IMG/VR virus record: IMGVR_UViG_3300020276_000007
Location: 1 to 26,392 of that record
Length of the DNA: 26,392 nt
Direction: 5' to 3' (one strand)
Source of the DNA: a virus
Taxonomy: Duplodnaviria > Caudoviricetes
Made by a program: the position numbers and the translations under genes. This document shows, one piece after another, positions 1 to 6,326 of this stretch (position 1 is the first letter of the stretch; each line of letters begins with the position of its first letter). The notes under the pieces were generated by a model. That model did not search any database, was not told where the DNA came from, and saw only the letters and a list, made by a program, of their open reading frames with translations.

Positions 1-52
1 CATGCCAAGGAACTTCCCCTGCATATGCCATTGTTTCTACAGCTGCTACCAT
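1..52 (-). CDS. DUF932/TIGR03299-like phage/plasmid protein, N-terminal fragment (runs off the window)
   Basis: Manual translation from ATG at 52 gives MVAAVETMAYAGEVPWH, matching the ETMAYxGExPWHGLG N-terminus I recognise for this family. RBS GAAAGGAG and a sigma70 promoter lie upstream. Only 17 codons are visible. Confidence 0.7.
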   Translation of the reverse strand, partial: MVAAVETMAYAGEVPWH

Positions 53-82
53 AATTAAACTCCTTTCAACAACTATATTATT

Positions 83-110
83 ATTATAACACGCTTTGAG
101 TGCATGTCAA
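83..110 (-). promoter_or_regulatory. sigma70-type early promoter
   Basis: TTGACA-16 nt-TATAAT with extended -10 (TGT). Spacer ends AAAGC-GTGT. Upstream of the RBS/ATG at 52. Confidence 0.8.
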
Positions 111-123
111 CCCCAAAGCAAAA

Positions 124-291
124 TTAAATTTCATATCTTCTAAGTTCACTTCTTATCATCTCAGAATAATGTCTTAACCAAGCTTTTGATTGCTTATTAA
201 GATTATAAGCTGAATCATCTTGACACTTATTATCCATATAAGTAGCAATCTCTTTTAAATTTTCTAATGCTAATTCTTTATTTGTTTTCAT
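124..291 (-). CDS. hypothetical protein, 55 aa (not in supplied track)
   Basis: MKTNKELALENLKEIATYMDNKCQDDSAYNLNKQSKAWLRHYSEMIRSELRRYEI*. RBS GAGGT upstream, overlaps the end of the preceding gene and fills the gap to the next promoter. Confidence 0.65.
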   Translation of the reverse strand: MKTNKELALENLKEIATYMDNKCQDDSAYNLNKQSKAWLRHYSEMIRSELRRYEI

Positions 292-544
292 ACTTACCTC
301 TCACTAAATCTAATTGTTTAATTTCTTCTCTACCTAAAACTAGGTATTTGTCTTTGTCTGCATCATAAGCAGTAAATGTATCATTAGGACCATTTGAAGA
401 TTCAAGATAACAATATCCTGTATTAGAACATATTCTACAATCTTCTAGTGTTTCATACCAACAATGATAACCTGGTTCAGGCATCTCAAACGATAGTCCA
501 GCCAACACCATAGTCTTATGATCAAATATATCAAGTTGTTCCAT
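278..544 (-). CDS. hypothetical protein, 88 aa, small Cys cluster
   Basis: Track ORF 278..553 with start re-assigned to ATG 544: GAGGAG RBS and TAATG overlap with the upstream stop. Contains HC..CRIC..C. Confidence 0.7.
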   Translation of the reverse strand: MEQLDIFDHKTMVLAGLSFEMPEPGYHCWYETLEDCRICSNTGYCYLESSNGPNDTFTAYDADKDKYLVLGREEIKQLDLVRGKYENK

Positions 545-723
545 TATACGCACTCCTCAACATATTCCCAAGCCAATACTGAATTCAAACCATACTTATC
601 ACAAATACCACTGAACTCTTCATAGTATTCACCATCTGGATACTGACCAGCCAACATAGCATTATAATTATTGACTAGATTTTTCATCTTAATTTTATCA
701 TCTTTTGAAATTTTATTATACAT
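544..723 (-). CDS. hypothetical protein, 59 aa (not in supplied track)
   Basis: MYNKISKDDKIKMKNLVNNYNAMLAGQYPDGEYYEEFSGICDKYGLNSVLAWEYVEECV*. RBS GAAAGGA, directly downstream of a consensus promoter, TAATG-coupled to the next gene. Confidence 0.75.
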   Translation of the reverse strand: MYNKISKDDKIKMKNLVNNYNAMLAGQYPDGEYYEEFSGICDKYGLNSVLAWEYVEECV

Positions 724-750
724 AATTTGTCCTTTCTTAATTATAATATT

Positions 751-779
751 ATTATACTATGCTTTAACACCAATGTCAA
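751..779 (-). promoter_or_regulatory. sigma70-type early promoter (perfect consensus)
   Basis: TTGACA-TTGGTGTTAAAGCATAG (17 nt)-TATAAT. Confidence 0.9.
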
Positions 780-782
780 GGG

Positions 783-1061
783 TTAGATTTCATATTTTGC
801 AATATGTTCTTCATAAATAGAATCTTTAACATAATTATCAGTAATGTCATTACCAATACTATTAACTAATCTAATTGAACCATCAAAATAATACATCAAA
901 ACCTGAACTAACATATCATAATCATTAGTTTCACTCATTTGTTTAACTATTTGCTTGGCATCTAAATCTTGATCTTTAGCCATTCTTTTAGCAGTAGATA
1001 TCAAGTTGAAAGCATTTCCAGCTGGACCATCCATATTAATTGTTCTTAAATAAGTTTTCAT
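783..1061 (-). CDS. conserved hypothetical phage early protein (GPxGNAF motif)
   Basis: 92-aa ORF with RBS GAAAGGA. INMDGPAGNAFNLI...DYDMLVQV..YF resembles a widespread small phage protein family of unknown function. Confidence 0.8.
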   Translation of the reverse strand: MKTYLRTINMDGPAGNAFNLISTAKRMAKDQDLDAKQIVKQMSETNDYDMLVQVLMYYFDGSIRLVNSIGNDITDNYVKDSIYEEHIAKYEI

Positions 1062-1094
1062 ATTTTGTCCTTTCTTTCTTAACTTTATGTCTTT

Positions 1095-1123
1095 ATATTA
1101 CTATGCTTTCATAACATTGTCAA
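1095..1123 (-). promoter_or_regulatory. sigma70-type early promoter
   Basis: TTGACA-ATGTTATGAAAGCATAG (17 nt)-TAATAT. Shares TAACCCTTGACA, AAAGCATAG and the leader AAGAAAGGACAAAwTATG with the 751-779 promoter. Confidence 0.8.
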
Positions 1124-1160
1124 GGGTTATTTGCAATTATTTGGTATTTTATTTGTGAAT

Positions 1161-1200
1161 ATACATTATATAACAATATATGTTTTACTATATAATGTAT
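1161..1200. repeat. 12-bp perfect inverted repeat containing a TATAAT on each strand
   Basis: ATACATTATATA (1161-1172) and TATATAATGTAT (1189-1200), 16-nt spacer. Context is very AT-rich. Confidence 0.6.
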
Positions 1201-1222
1201 TAAGTCATAGTTAGGAGATATT

Positions 1223-1291
1223 ATGGGTTATATTAATTCAATATTAATTTTGACAGTTATTCTCGTCAGTGCTGGGATGGGTATAAACTAA
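1223..1291 (+). CDS. 22-aa hydrophobic peptide (not in supplied track)
   Basis: MGYINSILILTVILVSAGMGIN*. AGGAG RBS at 1213-1217, TATAAT at 1191-1196, stop codon abuts a terminator. Confidence 0.65.
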   Translation: MGYINSILILTVILVSAGMGIN

Positions 1292-1322
1292 AAAAAAAGG
1301 GAACACGAAGTTCCCTTTTTTT
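1292..1322. terminator. bidirectional intrinsic terminator
   Basis: A-run, GGGAAC-acgaa-GTTCCC stem-loop, T7. U-tails are available on both strands. Confidence 0.9.
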
Positions 1323-1374
1323 ACACTATGTAAGGTAATAATAAATACCCTACAATGCCAATCGCAATCCACAT
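1321..1374 (-). CDS. 17-aa hydrophobic peptide (not in supplied track)
   Basis: MWIAIGIVGYLLLPYIV*. GGAG RBS 6 nt upstream of the ATG (inside the end of the previous gene). Exactly fills the gap to the terminator. Confidence 0.55.
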   Translation of the reverse strand: MWIAIGIVGYLLLPYIV

Positions 1375-1377
1375 AGT

Positions 1378-1704
1378 TTACTCCATAGATATAACAACCC
1401 ATTCACCATTCTCTCTACATGCAATACCTTTTTTGTTATTGCCTGTAACAAACTCTTTACATTTAGCTGTTTCTATTCTGTGAAGTTCTCTGGTTTCGTC
1501 CATTGACTTACCAACCTCACCACCAAGAAACATACCAAGTAGACCACCCGTAGCCATAGCATACGGATTATCTATTTGCATAAGTTTTGTAGAGAATACA
1601 CCTAGAAAGGTGCCGACAGCCTGTCCAGCGTTCTCTCTGGACATATCAGCTGCCATTATTGGTGAACTCATTAGTAATAATATTAATGCTAATATTTTCA
1701 TCAT
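1378..1704 (-). CDS. glycine-zipper 2TM / Rickettsia 17-kDa surface antigen-like exported protein
   Basis: Signal peptide MMKILALILLLMSSPIMA, glycine zippers GQAVGTFLG and GGLLGMFLGGEVGKSMD, C-terminal CKEF..GIACRENGEW typical of the 17-kDa antigen family. Start moved to ATG 1704 (ATGA overlap). Confidence 0.75.
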   Translation of the reverse strand: MMKILALILLLMSSPIMAADMSRENAGQAVGTFLGVFSTKLMQIDNPYAMATGGLLGMFLGGEVGKSMDETRELHRIETAKCKEFVTGNNKKGIACRENGEWVVISME

Positions 1705-2432
1705 CTTTCTGTTACCCAACCTTCATCAGGACCGATAGATGGTACTGTTTCAATATATCTTTCTTTAGCCTGACTATTGAATTTGTCAGCAAGATTATCT
1801 AATTCAGTTTCAATATTAGACAATGATTGAGCTTGTTCTTGTTCCATCTTCTGTTCTACTTCATTAGATAATTCTTTGAAAGCATTCTTTGAACGAAGTT
1901 TGGCATAAACAGCTCTGTCTTTTCTCATTCTATTCATTATTATTTTAAGAGCTTCTTTATCAGAATACTCTAACAATACGAATGAACGATATTGTGTACC
2001 TGAAGGATATACTTCCATTTCTTTGACTTTGTAACCAGCCACATCAACAGATGCAATCACATTCTTTGTAACTCTCTCTAATTCATTTAGAACTGAAGAG
2101 TCAATATCAGTAGAACCAGTTTTAGCAATAAACTGTTTAGTCATACTATCAAGTTTACCATTGATCCTATCTGCAAGAACTGTTTTTGCATTCATTACTG
2201 CAATATCAGTTGCAAGTTGTAAATCTGGTGCGATTGCTGTACCAGAAGAATATATCATATTATCGTCTTCAGGTAAGTTTTTGTACCAACCAGGAATAAC
2301 TTCTGATGTTTGTTTGATTTCTTCAATCTTCTGTTCTATCTCTGGTGTTTGTACCAAAGGTTCTACATCAACTTGTGTAGCACAAGAACCTAGAAATATC
2401 AGAGGTAAAATACTAAAGTACTTCTTCTGCAT
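1701..2432 (-). CDS. LPP20-family-like lipoprotein
   Basis: Lipobox LGSC after a hydrophobic stretch. PGWY and SGTAIAPDLQLATDIAVMNAKTVLADRI motifs. Strong RBS GGAGGTGA; ATG 2432 preferred over TTG 2438. Confidence 0.75.
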   Translation of the reverse strand: MQKKYFSILPLIFLGSCATQVDVEPLVQTPEIEQKIEEIKQTSEVIPGWYKNLPEDDNMIYSSGTAIAPDLQLATDIAVMNAKTVLADRINGKLDSMTKQFIAKTGSTDIDSSVLNELERVTKNVIASVDVAGYKVKEMEVYPSGTQYRSFVLLEYSDKEALKIIMNRMRKDRAVYAKLRSKNAFKELSNEVEQKMEQEQAQSLSNIETELDNLADKFNSQAKERYIETVPSIGPDEGWVTER

Positions 2433-2607
2433 TTTCAATCACCTCCTCTTCATCAGATTTGAGTAGTTTTTCTTTTGACCAGTCAGATACATCTTTTATA
2501 TCTTGACCAAATCCAGAAACAGTACCACACGACTGCGTCATAATAAGTAGAGCGGCAACTCCACATAAAATTAAAACATTAGTTATAATGCCTTTAGTTT
2601 TATTCAT
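2413..2607 (-). CDS. entericidin EcnA/B-family-like small lipoprotein
   Basis: 64 aa. Signal peptide followed by SC-GTVSGFGQDI, matching the entericidin C-x-T-V-x-G-x-G-x-D-I signature. RBS AGGTGA. Confidence 0.75.
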   Translation of the reverse strand: MNKTKGIITNVLILCGVAALLIMTQSCGTVSGFGQDIKDVSDWSKEKLLKSDEEEVIENAEEVL

Positions 2608-2610
2608 ATA

Positions 2611-3048
2611 TCACCTATTACATTGTTTAAGTTTAACTTCTTGTAATCCCAACCCTGGCATTACAACATTAATTGTTTCCATTGTACAATTAATTCTGGT
2701 ATTTGTCAACGCCTGACAATTTAAATTCTTAGTTGATTCTAATTTCTCTGGTACTAGCTCTGATAGCAATCTTTCTTTTGCACGATTTACAGCATTCTGA
2801 CAAGCCTCATTTTCAGACATATCAGGTGTAAAGATATAATCACTTGAAGTGTAATACCACTTACCTTCAACCTTTGCCTTAATTAACACTTTACATTTCT
2901 TAGTTTCTTGAAAGTATTCTGTTACTGTTCTATCAGTAACTTCTAAAGATTGTATCGTACCTTGAATGGTTGATACAGTTTGATTTTCATAATCACAGTT
3001 TGCAAAAGATATTGCAGGGACTAAACATAATATACATAATTTTTTCAT
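2611..3048 (-). CDS. secreted Cys-rich protein with an LPP20/FlgT-N-like helix motif
   Basis: Start moved to ATG 3048, just after the gp46 stop. Signal peptide MKKLCILCLVPAISFA, six Cys in the mature part, PDMSENEACQNAVNRAKERLL motif. Confidence 0.65.
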   Translation of the reverse strand: MKKLCILCLVPAISFANCDYENQTVSTIQGTIQSLEVTDRTVTEYFQETKKCKVLIKAKVEGKWYYTSSDYIFTPDMSENEACQNAVNRAKERLLSELVPEKLESTKNLNCQALTNTRINCTMETINVVMPGLGLQEVKLKQCNR

Positions 3049-3049
3049 T

Positions 3050-4756
3050 TTACACCATATGACTAAAGTTCCTAGTTTTTTCAAATCTCATTATACTTCT
3101 AAATTTATCAAATAGTGCATCACCTTTGTGACTTATTACAAACACATTCTGGTCTTTAAAAGTATGTAATATTTTTAAGAAATCATCAGTACCAGTACCA
3201 TCTAAACTACTATCAAATATCTCATCAAGTATTAGTAAATTAGTGTTTGTAGAGTTTTTCATCTTTGCAACGGCCCTCCAAGTGAACAGTAATGCAAGGT
3301 CAATTCTCATTTTCTCACCTTCACTAAATGATGAATAACTAAATTCATCTCTATGTCTGGACTTAATAGTTTCATTAAAATTATTATCTAGTGTAAAGTT
3401 AACATAAAAATCCATACTTGTCAAGTACCCATTGATTAATTTATTCATAACAGGTAAATACTTGTTGATTACTTTAGTTTTGATACCTGTATCCATTAAC
3501 ATATTTCTTGCAACATCTACATAAAACTTATCTTCTCTTAACTTAGATATCTGCTCTTCTTGCATCTTTAATCTTTCAGATAATCTTGTTAATTTTATTT
3601 TATCTTCTTCTGATACTTCACCTTTCTTATAATTTTCTATAAGTTTACTTTCTTGTTCTATGAGTCTTCTTAATGCAGATATAGATGCTGATATCTTAGC
3701 AACTTCAACTTCTTTCTCTCTAATTTGTTTTGCAAACTCATTCATCTTATCCTTTTCAGTTTCTTTTCCTTTTAATTGACTTTGTAGTTTTTGTATACCT
3801 TCTTTTAATTCAGCTATTCTATTTGTTTTTTCTTTTATTTTTATTTGTTTTAATTCTTCATCTATTGTTTGTGTGCAAGTTGGGCATTCATCATTTTCTG
3901 AAAAGAACTTTCTTTGTCTTTCATTTTCATCTATTCTATTTGAGAGTTGTGCTTCCATTTTGTGAAACTCTCTAATCGTATTTAATATTTTATCTTTTCT
4001 AGCTAATTCTGGTTGTGCCGATTTTATTTCTAGTTCTATATTTTTTTTATTTTGATTTTCTTTTTCTAAAACATCTTGGCTATCATTAACCACAAGTTGT
4101 TTTTCTTCTATGATTTTAACCTTGTTCTTTTTTATATCTTCAATATATTTTGTTTGTAAATTTATCTTTTCTCTTGTTAATTTAAATTCATATTCTATAG
4201 ATTTAAGTTCTTCAGATATTTCTTTTACTTTGTGTTTCAATAAAAAGTTCATCAAAGAAAATATCTTAATATCTAAAATATCTTCCACAACTTCTCTTCT
4301 ATCTTTACTTCTTAATTGCATGAAAGGTACAAAGGTTGATGAACCTAATATTACAACCTGTGTAAATGAACGATAATTTAATTTAAGTATTTGTTGTTCT
4401 AATATTTTTTGAGTATCTAATGCACTGGCATCTTGATTCATCATTCTGTCTTCACAATATATTTCAAACCTATTTGGTTTCATTGCTCTAACAATTTTGA
4501 ACTTTTTCTTTTGTATGATAAATTCTAACTCAACTTCAGTACCACCAAGGTTGATAGAATTAATTAATTGTGTTTTACTTACTTGTCTGAATGGTCTGTT
4601 GAACAAAACAAAACATAATGCATCTAGAATGGTTGATTTACCTGAACCATTCTCACCGATTATTAATGTTGTAGGATTTCTATCTAATTCAACTTCTGTA
4701 AAATAGTTACCAGTAGATAGAAAATTCTTCCATCTAACCTTCTTGAATATTATCAA
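3050..4756 (-). CDS. gp46: recombination endonuclease subunit, Rad50/SbcC-like ATPase
   Basis: Walker A GENGSGKST, coiled coil, CPTC zinc hook, FSEGEK signature, LILDE Walker B, ISH loop. TTG start. Confidence 0.97.
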   Translation of the reverse strand: MIIFKKVRWKNFLSTGNYFTEVELDRNPTTLIIGENGSGKSTILDALCFVLFNRPFRQVSKTQLINSINLGGTEVELEFIIQKKKFKIVRAMKPNRFEIYCEDRMMNQDASALDTQKILEQQILKLNYRSFTQVVILGSSTFVPFMQLRSKDRREVVEDILDIKIFSLMNFLLKHKVKEISEELKSIEYEFKLTREKINLQTKYIEDIKKNKVKIIEEKQLVVNDSQDVLEKENQNKKNIELEIKSAQPELARKDKILNTIREFHKMEAQLSNRIDENERQRKFFSENDECPTCTQTIDEELKQIKIKEKTNRIAELKEGIQKLQSQLKGKETEKDKMNEFAKQIREKEVEVAKISASISALRRLIEQESKLIENYKKGEVSEEDKIKLTRLSERLKMQEEQISKLREDKFYVDVARNMLMDTGIKTKVINKYLPVMNKLINGYLTSMDFYVNFTLDNNFNETIKSRHRDEFSYSSFSEGEKMRIDLALLFTWRAVAKMKNSTNTNLLILDEIFDSSLDGTGTDDFLKILHTFKDQNVFVISHKGDALFDKFRSIMRFEKTRNFSHMV

Positions 4757-4976
4757 TCTTTATATCACTCTCAGTTTCAATAACAACTCTAGCACCACAA
4801 GGTAGAATTGGTTTATCATTGCCACCATAAAATAATTTAGATGGACCTAGTATTTCAACACTATGACAATATGTGTTCTTACGACCTTCTTTGATTGTAA
4901 TCACAGCTTCATTGGTTCCGTGTTTTTTATTTGCACGAATTTTGTGTTGATTGATATGTATGTATTTTTTTGGCAT
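4734..4976 (-). CDS. conserved hypothetical phage protein, 80 aa
   Basis: IHINQHKIRAN..TIK..N.YCH.VEI.GPS..Y..PCGARV.IETE pattern seen in aquatic phages. Has its own promoter and no SD. Confidence 0.8.
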   Translation of the reverse strand: MPKKYIHINQHKIRANKKHGTNEAVITIKEGRKNTYCHSVEILGPSKLFYGGNDKPILPCGARVVIETESDIKIDNIQEG

Positions 4977-4981
4977 AGGTG

Positions 4982-5009
4982 ATTATATCACAATATTTAT
5001 AATTGTCAA
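4982..5009 (-). promoter_or_regulatory. sigma70 promoter with nested T4 late box
   Basis: TTGACA-ATTATAAATATTGTGA (16 nt)-TATAAT, extended -10 TG. TATAAATA at 4994-5001 lies inside the spacer. Confidence 0.8.
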
Positions 5010-5011
5010 CC

Positions 5012-5641
5012 CTAGTCATTTACTATTAAATTAGTAACAATAGTTATTCTCATTTCGTCATTATATGACTTATCTACTTGATGTTCTAAGTAAGATGGTA
5101 TAATTATCATATCATCTTCTGCTGTTAAAACAAAATGTTTTTCAGAAAATATTGAGAAGTCTATTTCATTTATTCTAGGTTTAAATTTAGGTTTAATATG
5201 ATGCAAACTTTTAGCAAACATACTAGGATTTCTAAATGTAGTTGGTTTATGAACATCTTTATTAAACTTTATATAATGAATACAAGAATAGTCTGCAACT
5301 GGTAAATGATTATGTGGTGCCATATATTGAGAACCTTTAGTTGCAACGATATTATCTAAACTATATTGAAAACTTTTAAATTGTAATTTTTTTATAAGTT
5401 CAGTAAATGTATTATTGTAAACATCTGTTAGTTTATCTAAAACTGGTTTATCGTAATCATCATTGTCAAAATCAGCATATGAATGATGTATATCACTATT
5501 ACTATCAAACTTATTTCTATAACTATTTTTTTGGTAATTTTTTTCTACAATATCAATTATACTTTGTTTATTATATAAGTTTGGGTCAATATGAAATTTG
5601 TAAATCATTGTTGGAAACAATGGTATGCTGTCAATCCTCAT
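5012..5641 (-). CDS. putative 2OG-Fe(II) oxygenase (TIGR02466-like)
   Basis: LFPT.IY N-terminus, HNH..SCIHY metal motif, EDDMIIIPSYLEHQV..RITIVTN C-terminal strands. Confidence 0.85.
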   Translation of the reverse strand: MRIDSIPLFPTMIYKFHIDPNLYNKQSIIDIVEKNYQKNSYRNKFDSNSDIHHSYADFDNDDYDKPVLDKLTDVYNNTFTELIKKLQFKSFQYSLDNIVATKGSQYMAPHNHLPVADYSCIHYIKFNKDVHKPTTFRNPSMFAKSLHHIKPKFKPRINEIDFSIFSEKHFVLTAEDDMIIIPSYLEHQVDKSYNDEMRITIVTNLIVND

Positions 5642-6128
5642 CTTTACATATACCCATAACTAAAGATAAAAACATTTTACCAGGTGGTGCAATAATTCTA
5701 ATACCAGCATTAGGTGGCATCACTATAAAACTCCCTTCTTTCAATGGTAATTTAAATATACCTTTATCACCTGTTTGAATATCAAGGTCAATACAATCTG
5801 GTGAACAACAAGGTACATATAACATTCTATAATGTGACGGAACATCTGTTGCTCTATTTAAATCTGCTTGAACAACATAATATTTGCCAAAACCTACATC
5901 TTCTAATAACTTCATTAGTTTGTCAAGTATTTTATCAATCCAAGGATGTTCTGTGACATCTGCAAATTGTTGTTCTGGTGTTAATACATTTTTAGCTATA
6001 TCTAAAAATTCTTCGTGAAAAGACAATGCTTGTGGATGTAGAAGGGTCTTATCATTTTTGTTTCGGTTTTCACCAATCCAGATAGACCCTTTTGGATGTA
6101 TATCTTTTATTTCACTAAATTTTATCAA
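5631..6128 (-). CDS. hypothetical protein, possibly a degenerate double-stranded beta-helix (2OG-oxygenase-like) fold
   Basis: 165 aa, TTG start. MLYVP..LPLKEGSFIVMPP..FLSLVM parallels the C-terminal strands of the neighbouring oxygenase but lacks the His ligands. Confidence 0.55.
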   Translation of the reverse strand: MIKFSEIKDIHPKGSIWIGENRNKNDKTLLHPQALSFHEEFLDIAKNVLTPEQQFADVTEHPWIDKILDKLMKLLEDVGFGKYYVVQADLNRATDVPSHYRMLYVPCCSPDCIDLDIQTGDKGIFKLPLKEGSFIVMPPNAGIRIIAPPGKMFLSLVMGICKDED

Positions 6129-6326
6129 TTAGTTATCCTCTTGGTATGTGTGGGTGTATATTTTCTGATACCAAGCGTTTGGACATCCTTTACAAAAAGT
6201 ATTCCATAATGCCATTGTAAACATATAACATACCCAAACTATTAAAAAACAAAAACAAGAATAAATCATTATATCACACAACTTGCTAAATAATTTTTTA
6301 AATTTCCATATTACTTGCTTCAACAT
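6129..6326 (-). CDS. small single-pass membrane protein
   Basis: 65 aa, basic N-terminus then hydrophobic IMIYSCFCFLIVWVCYMFTMALW, Cys-rich. Fills the gap after gp47; start uncertain. Confidence 0.6.
   Translation of the reverse strand: MLKQVIWKFKKLFSKLCDIMIYSCFCFLIVWVCYMFTMALWNTFCKGCPNAWYQKIYTHTYQEDN

Noticed and set aside
1378-3048. Envelope operon as a holin/endolysin/spanin lysis cassette
   Set aside because: No muralytic enzyme or holin is recognisable and there is no i-spanin/o-spanin architecture.
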